Positions 1-10,499 of a DNA stretch of 64,000 nt are shown piece by piece (the first letter of the stretch is position 1; the number at the start of each line of letters is the position of its first letter). Under the pieces are notes generated by a model, which ran no database searches, was not told the DNA's origin, and saw only the letters and a list, made by a program, of their open reading frames with translations. The position numbers and the translations under genes are program-made. The stretch is taken from assembly GCA_965240325.2 (NCBI GenBank), contig OZ251255.1:372001-436000 (forward strand), written 5' to 3'. The DNA is from Rebecca billardiae RCC1528. Lineage: Eukaryota > Protista > Haptophyta.

Positions 1-254
1 GTTGGGGAACACCCGCGATTAGAGCACCGGTGGCGCAGCGGCGACGTGGACGCCGCCACACGCGCACGCACGGCGCGCGCTCGCACCGCGAGTCGAACGT
101 CCGCTCGCCAAGCCCTGCGACGGCGTCCGTGCGACGCCGAGCGACGAACGCTCTCGGGATTTGGCCCGGACCACCAGATTCAGCCGTTAACGGCCGAAAA
201 TTCATTTGTTGGAGTTTCCTTAACGGCCGCTTTAAAAAAGAAATCGTTGCTGTG
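1..254. mobile_element. Right end of a CACAG...CTGTG TIR element (second copy of the element at 40841-44390; rest lies outside the window)
   Basis: 1-254 reads identical to 44137-44390; identity stops exactly after the TIR end ...AAATCGTTGCTGTG. Confidence 0.9.
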
Positions 255-353
255 ATGCACTTTATTTTGTCTTTTTCCTTATTCACTTTTATTATTTCCG
301 CGCGCGATGAGAGATACATGAGTATTACATCGTCCGATGACGATACACTACGC

Positions 354-393
354 CTGCCTGAGCTGTGTGCGTCTCTTATTCTTAGTAAACTGT
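354..393 (+). mobile_element. 40-bp 5'-truncated retroposon-like snippet
   Basis: 355-393 identical to 44846-44884 with the same right boundary (...TAGTAAACTGT); flanked by ACACTACGC (345-353) / ACACGACGC (394-402), an 8/9 TSD. Confidence 0.6.
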
Positions 394-731
394 ACACGAC
401 GCGAATACGATGGCGATCCGGCGGCCGCCCATGGCGGCCCACCGGCCATCGCGGGCCTACCGCACGCCCCGATGCCGCGACGAGCTGTCTCAGTGCGTGG
501 GCGCACGCCTCGCTCGGTGCATGCTCGACGCGCGCTTGAGGCCCTCGCGAGCACGTGCGCTGCGTGCCCCGATCGCGGCACATCGGCACAGCGCCCGCGA
601 CGGCCGACCGGGCCGACGGGGCGCCGAAGCGGCCCGAGCCAGCGGCGGGTCGCGCGCTCGTGCCGCTCGCGGTTGAGCGGCGCACTGCCTCGCACCGCAG
701 CAGCAGCTGGTGGCACATCGACTGGGAGCCG

Positions 732-3700
732 TCATCGCCTTGCCCATGGCCAGCCGCCACCGGCACCACCGCCGTCACCACTGCTGCGACGTCGGCCGTT
801 GGCTGCGGCCGGGCTGCCGGCAGCGTCTGCCGGCGCCACGGCCGCGCCGCCGGCGGAAGCGCCGGCGCCGCGCAGCCAGCCGCCGAGCCCAAGCGGCGAC
901 TGGGCGGATGCCGCCGAGTCACGCTGGTCACTCGGCCCCAGCGAGGCCGCCCGCATCACGGCGCCGCCGGCCGCCGTGCCGCCACCACTGCCGCCACCAT
1001 CGCCGCCGCCGCCGCCGCCGGCGGCGGCGCCCGCCGCCTCCGCGTCGGCGGCAGCGCCTGCCCACGGTGTCCAGTACAGCACCGCCGCGGCCGCCTCCTC
1101 CCCCAGCAGCCGCGTGCGCACCCACAGCGCGCCCACGCCCGACTGGTCGTCCGGGTCGCCCCTCTCGAGAAGGCTCCGGAAAGCTCCGCGCGGCACGGAC
1201 GGCAGCGCGTCGGCGAGCGCGCGCACGCCGGCCGCGCCGACGCGGTTGCCGGCCAAGTTGGCCACACGGAGCGGCGGCGGCGGCGCGTCTGCGTCCGGCC
1301 GCATCGCCGCGGCCAGTGCGACGGCACCCTCCGTGCCCAGCCCGTTGCCGTGCAGGTCGAGCTCGAGCAGGTGCGCGCTCAGCCCCGCACGGAGCGCGCC
1401 GCCGAGCGCGCGCGCGCCCGCGGCGCCGAGCGCGTCAAACCCTAGGAGAAGGGAGCGCAGCTTCATGCGGGCGGCGAGGCCGGCGCCGTCGGCGCCGTCG
1501 GCGAGCGCGCGCATGCCGGCAGGCCCGAGGTTGTTGTAACCGCCGTCCAGCTCGGTGAGCGTGCGCCTGACGAAGCGGAGCGCGGCGCCGAGGTGCGCCG
1601 CGCCAGCCGGGCCGAGCCCGCAGCCGCGCACGCGCAGGCTCACGAGCGGCGCGCCGCCGCCGAGCCCGACGCCGAGCGCGCGCGCGCCCGCCGGCCCTAG
1701 CAGAACGTTCCCGGAAACATCCAGGACCGTGAGCGCGCGGTTGGTGCGCACGCGGCGCATCGCCGCCGACATGTGTGCCGGCGTGAGCCGCCGGCGGGCG
1801 AGGTTGACGGTTGGCGCGGTGCCGAGCGCAGCCAGGGGGCCAAGGGCCTGCTCCGCCTCCGCCAGCCGCCGCGCGCCGCCGCCGCCGCCGCGGCTGCTCG
1901 GCAGAGCGCGCCCGCCCGCATGGCCGCCGCCGCCTGCGGGCCCAGTGCCGCCCTCGCCGCCGCCGGGCGCGCCGCCGTCGGCCTCGATCTCGGTGCCGAG
2001 ATCGTCTTCGTCGAGGGCGGTATACGCCAGGCCGCCCCCGAGCCAGCCGCCCCCGCCGCCATCCCCTGCCGCCGCGCCCCGCTCGCGCTGCAGGCCGCAC
2101 GCACAGCCCGCCAGCGCCACCGCAAGCGGTCTGAGCAAGGCGAGGAGCAGCGCTGCCGCGCAGAGCGCGCGCGAGCGCGTGAGCCGCGCGCAGGCGGTCG
2201 TGCCTCCGGCCGCCGCCGCGGCGCCACCGTGGCCGGCGTGGGTGCAGCCGCCCGCGCACGCGCCGCGCGGCGGAGCGCCGCCGCACGCGCCGGAAGCGCG
2301 CCCGCCGCCACCACCAACGCCGCCGCGCGGCGTCGCGCCGAGCGCGCTGGCAAGGGCCAGCGGTGGACTGTAGAGCGGCGCGCGCGCGCCCGGCGCGGCG
2401 CCGTTGGCATCGCCGCCGCCGCCGCCGCCGTCGACGCCGAGCGCCACGGCGTACACGCGCCCGACCGCGGCCCAGCCGGCGTGCGCGTCGGGCCGCGCGC
2501 CGTACACGTGCGCGGCCGTCCACGCGCCCCACAGCACCGGCCCCGCCGCCGCCTGCGCGCCCAGCGCAATTAAATAAAGGCCAAGAAATCTCGAGGTTCC
2601 GCGGCGCTGCGGCTCCGCCCAGCCGTAGGCTGTGTCGAGCGCGGCCGCCGCCGCGCGCGAGGGCGCGTCGGCGCGCGTCGAGAGGAGCGGCAGCGCCGTC
2701 CGCACCGCCAGCAGGCAGAGGGCCCCCGCGAGGAACGGCGGCGCCGCCAGCGGGAGGAATAACACAGAAAATGCTGCCGAGCCTGACAGCAGCCACGCGC
2801 CGAGCGCGCCGCCGAGCGCGAGCGCCGCGCACGCGCCGAGCGCGCGCAGCACGCCGCGCCGCGTGCCCGCCGCGACGCGCGCGCTCGCGCACTGCACCCA
2901 CGCCGGCCCCAGCGTCCGGTTCGCCGCGGCGCCGCCGGCGAGGCTGAGCAAGCAGAAGAAGCTCAGAAGCAGCGGAGAAAAAACGGTCGGGTGCAGAGCC
3001 GCTGAACACAGGAGCGCGAGGTCGAGCGCACGCGCGCCGCCCTCAGCGCCGCCGCGGAGGAGCGGGAGCAGGCACGCGCGCCCGGCGGCGCCGCCCACCC
3101 ACGCGGCCGCCACGTGCGCGCCCGCCGCCGCGCCGAGCGCCGCCAACGCCAGCGCAGCCTGCGCCAGGGTGAGCGCTGCCCAAATCGCATACGCGGCTAC
3201 ATGCGCCGGCGCGTCGCCGGGCGCCGGCACGCCGAGCTGCGAGAGGCCCGCCAGCGCAAAGGCGCTGAGCACGTTCACCGTCGCGGCGCGCACGCCGCTG
3301 CCGGCCGCCAGCGCGTCCAGCGCCGCGTGGGCGCCCGCGGACGCGCAGCAGTCTGCGCGCGCGGCCGCACGCGCGCACGCGCCGCCACCCGCGCCGTCAG
3401 CGCGGGCAAAGAGCGCGCGGGAGAGCGAGCGGCTCGGCGGCTCGGCGTTATCGCCGGGCGGAGTGACCGAGCCACGCGGCTCGGCCAGCCGAGGCGGTGG
3501 CGAGGGCGCGCGCGCGCGCGGCGGCGCGCTCGGCGGCGGACGCGGCGGCGGCGGCGGCGACGACGCGAGCGCTGGCGGCGCCGAGGGCGGCGGAGTGGGG
3601 CTCGGCAGCGGCGCTGGCACCGCAGGTGGCTGGCCGTCGGCAGATACGTTCCCACTCGACGCCCCCACCGCGCCGCCACCGGGCGCGGCGGGCTGCGCCG

Positions 3701-3911
3701 CTGCGAGCTGCAAGTGGCAGCAGCCCTCGCACGCGCAGCCCACCAGCGCCAGGCGCGCGCAGTCAAACGAGCCACGAAGCGCGCCGCACGTGAGCACGCC
3801 GCATGCGCGCAGGCACGGCGACGGCGGCTCCGCGTGCGCGTGGCGGGCGAGCGCGCCGAGTAGCGCCGCGGCGAGGACCGAGCCCCGGCGCGCCCGCGGC
3901 CGTGACGCCAT
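732..3911 (-). CDS. Multi-pass membrane protein: signal peptide, Cys-rich motif, Pro-rich linker, several TM helices, C-terminal RNI-type leucine-rich repeats
   Basis: Continuous ORF from ATG 3911 (MASRPR...LAAALLGALARHAHA); CxxxC..CxCxGCC motif; repeated LxxLxLxxNxLGxxGAxAL units (LTVLDVSGNVLLGPAGARAL, LLELDLHGNGLGTEGAVAL). Confidence 0.8.
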   Translation of the reverse strand: MASRPRARRGSVLAAALLGALARHAHAEPPSPCLRACGVLTCGALRGSFDCARLALVGCACEGCCHLQLAAAQPAAPGGGAVGASSGNVSADGQPPAVPAPLPSPTPPPSAPPALASSPPPPPRPPPSAPPRARAPSPPPRLAEPRGSVTPPGDNAEPPSRSLSRALFARADGAGGGACARAAARADCCASAGAHAALDALAAGSGVRAATVNVLSAFALAGLSQLGVPAPGDAPAHVAAYAIWAALTLAQAALALAALGAAAGAHVAAAWVGGAAGRACLLPLLRGGAEGGARALDLALLCSAALHPTVFSPLLLSFFCLLSLAGGAAANRTLGPAWVQCASARVAAGTRRGVLRALGACAALALGGALGAWLLSGSAAFSVLFLPLAAPPFLAGALCLLAVRTALPLLSTRADAPSRAAAAALDTAYGWAEPQRRGTSRFLGLYLIALGAQAAAGPVLWGAWTAAHVYGARPDAHAGWAAVGRVYAVALGVDGGGGGGDANGAAPGARAPLYSPPLALASALGATPRGGVGGGGGRASGACGGAPPRGACAGGCTHAGHGGAAAAAGGTTACARLTRSRALCAAALLLALLRPLAVALAGCACGLQRERGAAAGDGGGGGWLGGGLAYTALDEDDLGTEIEADGGAPGGGEGGTGPAGGGGHAGGRALPSSRGGGGGARRLAEAEQALGPLAALGTAPTVNLARRRLTPAHMSAAMRRVRTNRALTVLDVSGNVLLGPAGARALGVGLGGGAPLVSLRVRGCGLGPAGAAHLGAALRFVRRTLTELDGGYNNLGPAGMRALADGADGAGLAARMKLRSLLLGFDALGAAGARALGGALRAGLSAHLLELDLHGNGLGTEGAVALAAAMRPDADAPPPPLRVANLAGNRVGAAGVRALADALPSVPRGAFRSLLERGDPDDQSGVGALWVRTRLLGEEAAAAVLYWTPWAGAAADAEAAGAAAGGGGGGDGGGSGGGTAAGGAVMRAASLGPSDQRDSAASAQSPLGLGGWLRGAGASAGGAAVAPADAAGSPAAANGRRRSSGDGGGAGGGWPWARR

Positions 3912-4539
3912 CAGCACCGCGCACGCCGCGCCGCCATTTGCGCCGACTGCCGATTCGCCGCCCGCTGGAGCCGAACACTGTCGTGTGTACAGTGTTGACA
4001 CTACATCTTACACGCGACGTAGTAGATTCATACCGCGTAGTAGTAGTACTACGACGGTATTGTATGTAGCATACACCCGTCGTAAAGTACTGTATCATAG
4101 CAGTATACTTTAGCTGCGCGTACGTACGACAGTCTGAGTCGTAGGGCAATGTCGTCATATCCGAAGCCTGCTGAAGCCACCAGGCGGGCGTGAGTGACGC
4201 CTAGCGCCGCCTGCGGGCCGAGGGACTCTTTACCGCGCAGGATTAGCCGCAAAGTAGTAGTACGTAGCGTTCGAGTTCATCGGCGAAGTTACTCTACTGT
4301 CGGTCGGCGCCCGGTGTCTGGCAGGATGCCGCGCCAACCAACTGCTGTGATCATGATGCTGACGCGACGGCGCGAAGCGACGACGCGAATGGATGATGGC
4401 CGGCGCGGATGAAGATATCAGCTGCGCTGACGAAGTAGCAGACGATGATGACGACGTCGACGGCTCGCTGTCCGGCTGTCCCGCCAGCTGTCGTGCGACA
4501 TGCCGTGCGGGCATGACGATGATCAGTCACGACGGCTCG

Positions 4540-7048
4540 TCACGAGGTCGACGCGCTGGCGTGCTCGTGCGCAAGCAGCGCCGCGCTCGCCGCCGCGACG
4601 CCATCCTCGTCTTCCGCAGCCGCCCAGCGCGGCGCGGCGAAGTATCCCCCCACCCACTGGCGGAGGGACTCGGCTGTCGACGCGTCCGCCGCGGCGCCGG
4701 CGCGCGCGGTGGCTGCCGAGCTGCCGCGCGCCGCGGCGCTGGCTCCGAAGCGCGGTGCTGCGCCGCTGGCGCCGCCGTCGCGCGAGGGCACAGCGCCCAT
4801 GCTCGCGCCGCTCCGGATCGCAATCGTTGCGTGGGAGAGCCAGCCGCCCCCGCCCTCGCCGACCTCGAGAAGCTCCGCCACCGCGGCGGCGGCGGCGGCG
4901 GCGGCGGCCGGGCCAGCATTAGCGGCAGCGGCGGCCGAGGCGCGCTGAGGGGCCGCCACGGCCGCCCGGCCCGCGGGAGCGGATGTGTCGGCGGGCGAGG
5001 CGCGGGGCGGGGCCGAGGGCTGGAGCAGCCCACCCGCCCGCCGCGCGGCGCGCCGCGCGGCGGCGAGCACGAGCACGCACGCCACGAAGAGGAGGAGGGC
5101 GGCATGCAGTACCGTGTTGTGCTGGGAGGTGGCGAGGCCGGCGGGGCCGCGGAGTCCGGGGCCGCTGAGTCCGGGAGGGCCGAGCGCGCCGCCGGCGCGC
5201 GCAGAGCCGCCGCCGGCGGGCGTGGCACCCGCAGAGCTCGCCGCGGCGTGCCAGACTGCACGCAGCGCGCGCGGCGCCGCGTGCAGCAGCGCGCGCGCCG
5301 CCGCGCCTCCCGGCTGCCGCGCCGCGAGCAGCGGCGGCGGCGCCAGCAGCGAGTCCGGATACTCGGCGCCAAACACCCGGACTGAGTCGACGGTGAGCGC
5401 GGCGGTGCCGCCAGGCCACTGCTGGGCAAGTGCGTCGGCGTTGAAGCCTGCCGCGCGCAAGAGACGCACGCAGGGCGAACGTCCGGGACGCGGGCATTCA
5501 GCCGGACTCAGCCGGACTGCGGACCGGACTGCGGAGCAGTGCGCAGCGGGCGCAGCGCGCCGCGGGCCGCGCGGCCCCGCGCGGCCCCGCGCGCGGCAGC
5601 TGCCGTCCCCCCGGTGTCGCAGCCTGGGCCCCCCATGTGCAGCGCCCCGGCCCCCCGCGCGCCCGCCCTGCGCGCGCGCGCGCACCATACGGCCGATAGT
5701 CTTTGAAGAAGTTGCCGCCCACCGCGAGGTTGAGGATCAGCTTCATCGGGTTCTGGTCGAAGGGCGCGCCTGCGTGCGCCTCGGCCGGGAAGCAGCCGTC
5801 CAGCCTCTGGTGGTGAAACTTGAAACCGTCGACGAACCACTCGATGGCGTGGTAGCTAGGGACGGCGGCGGGGCGGCACGTGGGCGCGGCGCGAACTCAG
5901 ACGCCGCGTGCAGCCGCGCGATGCGCGCGCGCGCCGCCGAGCACGCGCGGCGGCCGATCCGCCAGGCGTGCAGCGCGACGGCGCGGCGGCGTGGCGGCGC
6001 GGCGGCGCGGCGGCGCGGCGGCGCGGCGGCGCGGCGGCGCGGCGGCTCGGCGGCGCGGCGGCGCGGCGGCGCGGCGGCGCGGCGGCGCGGCGGCTTACGT
6101 CCACTCGACCGCGTACGTGTGCGGGCCGTCGGTGAGGTCGACGTTGGGCATCTGCTTGTGCCCCTCGAGCCAGAGGTGGTGGATGTAGTCGTGCCCAAAG
6201 TGGATCGTGCCGAACGTCTCGTTCGCCCCCTTCCCGCCGCGCACCTCCGAGATATCAATCTCGCCAGACTTGGGCCAGGGGCCGTACTTGTTGGTCGCGG
6301 CGACCATCCAAAGAGCGGGCCACGCCCAGTGGCGCGCGGGCATGGTGGCGACCACCTCGAAGCGGCTGCGCGAGCGCGCGCGCGCGGGAGGGGCGCGCCC
6401 GGCCGTGGTGTGCGCCGCGCTCCGCTCACGCGCCCTCGCGCCGCCCCGCGCCGCACCGCGCCGCACCGCACTCGCTCGGGCGCGCGCGCGTCCGCGTGGG
6501 CGCGCGCACCCGTAGGCCTGCGAGGTGAGGCTGTCGACGCGGCCGGAGCGGAACGTGCCGCCGTGGAGGCACCAGAACGCGTCCTCGTCAGTGCAGCCCG
6601 CGCGCGTCCCCGCGTAGTCCTCCCGGACCGCCTGCAGCCACAGCTGGCCGCCGCGCACAAACACGTTGTCTGACTGCGCAGTATAGCACTGCGCCTCGCC
6701 GTTGCCGCCGCCGCGGCAGCCAACGTACGGGCGCCAGCGCGAGCGATCGAGCTCCTCACCATCGAACTCGTCGCTCCACGTGGGTGCGCTCAGGTCGATC
6801 GAGCAGTCGAGGCCCGCGCGACCCGGCTCGCACGCGCATGCGCCCTGCTCGTCGCAGCTGCCGTGGCCGCTGCAGGCGGTGGCGGCGTCGCACGCCTTCC
6901 AGCGCGCGCACGCGTCCAGGTCGTTCGTGTCGCACTTCGCGGCGAACGGCTCCGGCCGGGGATGGCACGATGCGAGCGGCTCGAACATGTCGCGCTCGCA
7001 GCACGCCACGTCCACGGCTTGATGACGCCTCTCGGCCTCGGCGAGCAC
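4540..7048 (-). CDS. Membrane-anchored GH16 beta-1,3-glucanase (laminarinase-like) with an N-terminal EGF-like domain; 5' end unresolved
   Basis: Exons ~7048-6510, 6365-6099, 5855-5686, 5447-4540 join in frame via GT-AG introns; motifs CSGHGSC..CACEPGRAGLDC, WSDEFDG, WPALWM, catalytic WPKSGEIDISE, PFDQ..LILNLAVGG; C-terminal TM segment LHAALLLFVACVLVLAAA. Confidence 0.88.
5979..6094. repeat. GGC/GC-based microsatellite in a GH16 intron
   Basis: Runs of GGCGC/GGCGGCGC tandem units directly after the GTAAG donor. Confidence 0.85.
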
Positions 7049-8860
7049 TGCACGAGGGCGTTTCGTCGGACGACGACGGATGAGCCGCCGATTTCAGATC
7101 ATTCTTTCTTCGGACGCTCAGAGCTCGGTTCCGCTCCGTCACGAGCGCGGAGGCAGTGGACCGCCGCGCGCTCGCGACCCATGAGACGCCGAGATAGTCT
7201 CGGGCGCGCGTGCGCGTGACGCTGGTGGGCGCTACTGGCCCGCTCGTCTTTGCGCCACCAGCGGCTCACCACCCTGTTCTCGGCCACCTCGCGCCGTGCG
7301 TGGCGTGCGTCGGCCGGCTTGAATTGGCGCGCTGAGTACGCTCATCACGCTACCGCGCGGTATGGCTCATGATCAACTCGCACCGTTGAGATCGATGCTC
7401 GCACCAAGTGCACATGTGTGTGTGTGGATGCCCAGCTCGCCTAGCCTGCCCTGCTGCGCCGGAATCGCCGTCAGCAGACCGGCGCGAGCTCGCGCGCAAC
7501 ATCTCCGCGGAGCTCGCAACTGCCATGTTCCGCTTGTAGGGCCCGTGTTTGCACCTGCCGTGGCACTTGCGATGGTCAGCGCGTTGGGTATGGGTCACGT
7601 GCGTCTCCAGATGGTGTCGGGGCGCCTCCAATTCGCCTCTCAGGACGTCGCGGACGTGCTCGCAGGCAGCGGATGCCTCATTCGACAGGTCCGACGTGCA
7701 CTCGACCGTGCCTACAAGCGCGCCCCTGTGACGCTCATCCCTGCAGAAGCAGATGCAGATGGGCCCCCATGCACCCTGATGCGCCCAAGACCGGCGGGAG
7801 CGTCAGAGACCGTCTCAATATTGACACCTTGCACACGCTGGCAGTTACCGTTGGGCTGCGCGCAGCCACGGACGGGAGCGGCGAACAGCGCCAGATCAGC
7901 CTCTGTAGGCCGAATATCCGCCCCAAAGCCCATAAGCAGCGCGGAACAGGGTAGGGCGTACATATATGGACCGATCCCATCCAGCCTGGCCTGGTGCAGA
8001 GACGCCAGCCACCGCCTGGCGAGCAGGCGTTTGCTGCCGAATCGCATGCTCTGCCGCACCGTGATCGGTGATGAGTGCAGCGCATTCTGCGACGACGACA
8101 GATTGGACCTGCCCCGTAGGTCTCGGCCAGGGAGCGGTGACGGTTGGCTCGGGTGACTTTAAGCCTTGGCTATACGACCGAGAGTACTCCTGGCGGGCTG
8201 AGAACATGGGGCCGGTGCTTTTAATGGGTCCGACTATGTCTGCAATACCGGCCGGACGCGTGTCCCGTAAGGGGTTAAGCCACTATAACTGTCAGGCAGC
8301 GCCATCGTGCCGACGTGCCCACGGGCCCACGTGCGCGAATTTGTGCGACATTCACAGCGACGAGGTCGCGGTCCCCGGCCGCTCCGACGCGCTCTTGACT
8401 TTCGCGTGGGACGTGCGGAGGTCAAGAACCCATCCTACTCGTCGACGGTGCCGACCTCGCCGCCCTGAATGTCGCACAAATTTGAGATTGGCACCTCGCG
8501 CGTGCAGGCCGCGACACGCATGCCAGGTCCGCGCGGCGCTCTGTGGGCAAGCGAGCCAAGGGGCGCAGCGAGTCCGGTGCGGCTGTCGTACGGGTCGAGC
8601 GCGAGCGCCGAGTCGCAGCCGCGCGCGCGCCGCGCCGCTGGCGCCGGGTCGCCCGGGGGAGAAGGCGCAGCTGCAGTGCTCCTCTGCCATCACGCGATCC
8701 GCCGGCAGAAAGACCAGACTTTGCGCCCAGTTTTGACCAAAACGATGGGCTTTTAACTCCGCGCGATCTGCTGGGTAACCTGACAGTTCATAGTGGCTCG
8801 GCCCCTTATGTACACAGTCTAAAATATATAACACAGGTCCAGGACATGCCCGCGCAGATT

Positions 8861-8921
8861 TCGAACACTGCCAGCGTCACGCACGCTGGCAGTGTTCGAC
8901 ACTGCCAGCGTGCGTGACGCT
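8861..8921. repeat. Triple fold-back: 17-bp perfect hairpin followed by a partial copy with the loop inverted
   Basis: TCGAACACTGCCAGCGT-CACGC-ACGCTGGCAGTGTTCGA then CACTGCCAGCGT-GCGTG-ACGCT. Confidence 0.9.
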
Positions 8922-9588
8922 TCTGTCGTCATCACGCTTCTACTATCGATTATTACACGATCGTCGTGCGGCATGCTTCTTTTCGGCCTTCTGTAAGCAC
9001 TGGGTCCCGGCCGCCATGCCGCCAATTGATTAGAGCCGCCAATGTGATGATTGATGATGATGAGCGCCCAGCACGTCGTGCCATGGCAGTAGCCGCCGGC
9101 AAGGCGTGGGCAGGGGCCCGTGCTATATCCGCGGTGACATGCTCACCCCGGGGTCGCAGCACGCACCGCGACGCAAACCCGATGCGTGCGTGCGTACCGG
9201 GCCACGCCGCTACGCGATGCGTGTCTGCTCCTTCATCACACCGCTGACAGAAGGAGTTGCGCGACTCAACCGGCAGCCTACTCTACCGGCTACGTGTGCC
9301 GAACAAGCTGGGCAGCACGGAGACGCAGCAGACCTACGCATCTGCCATCACAACACGCGACTGCCCGATTCAGCAGGTGATCGGCGTGTGCCGGGCTCTC
9401 TTGCGTGCTGGCCATTCCGCGGGAGAGCGAGCCATCCGTGAGCGTGGGACGTCTAGAGGGTGGTCGGCGCATTCGGGTACCTTGCGCGCTGCCCCTGGCC
9501 GGGCCTGTCTCAGGCCAGCACGCTGGCGGCGGCGCCGCTGTTGTTGCCGACACAAGGCGTCCAGCTACGGGGGGCGGTCCGATTCGCT

Positions 9589-10052
9589 CAGGGCTCAAAG
9601 ATCCGGTGCTCGGTACGCGTACCGGTGCACCGGCGCCGCAGGCGCCGGTGTACCGGTACACCGGTGCGCGCACCGCGGGGGGGTCCGGGGGGGTGTCCCC
9701 CCCGGGGCCCCGCCGGCCCGAGGCGAAGAAAATTTTTGGGCCTATTTACTGATAGAAATAGCCCAATTATTCAGGACGAAATCGGCCGGCGTATTCGCCT
9801 TCCCTCGGAGTCGGGGCACGGCCTGAGAGTGCCAGCAGTGACTACTCAGTCAGTACTCCGACGACCTCGGACACTGACTGACAAGTGACAGCTCCGCCGT
9901 AGTCCGTACTCGCGGGTGCTGTGGTCCGGGCGCACACGACCCCTCCCGGACTCTCACCGGTGCGCGGCAGTTTGTGGCGGTGCGTACCGGTACGCACCGG
10001 TACGCACCGGTACGGTATTTACCGGTGTCCGGTGTACCGTCTTGGAGCCCTG
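9589..10052. mobile_element. hAT-type MITE (464 bp)
   Basis: TIR CAGGGCTCAAAGA / TCTTGGAGCCCTG (12/13); perfect 8-bp TSD GATTCGCT (9581-9588, 10053-10060); subterminal ACCGGT repeats at both ends. Confidence 0.92.
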
Positions 10053-10499
10053 GATTCGCTGAGAAGCAATCGAAGGCATGCGCCCTTACATGTTTGCCTG
10101 CCCCTCCACTTACAAAGATCACCGCTCTCGCCCAAGTCAAAGGCGAACCAGCACTATTGATCATCGAGAACATCCGCCGAGCGCTCGGCATCGTCGGGGT
10201 AGACCTTCCATTCCCTTGCAAAGAAGGAACCTCACAATCTCTCGTTCCTGAATGAGTGGGTGGTTAGGTGCCGACCCTTGTCATCATTGCGACATTGCGT
10301 GGAGCTTCGCCTTTTCGGCACCCCATGAGCCATCACTTTGATCGATGAAATCGGTGGGTTTACTCAGTCTTGACTCTTGAGTAGTGAATGGGCAAAGCCC
10401 CCATAGTTGCTTTGCGCTTGACCCTTTGACATCACGTTCCCCACGCCGATCGAGCCGCGCCGCGACGACGGCGTGAGCGTCGCCGCGGCGGCGCGCGCC

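Noticed and set aside
7350-9580. ORFs in lower-GC intergenic DNA (similarly 18050-19140 and 46370-47550)
   Set aside because: No recognisable motifs or consistent frame; probably decayed TE or non-coding DNA.
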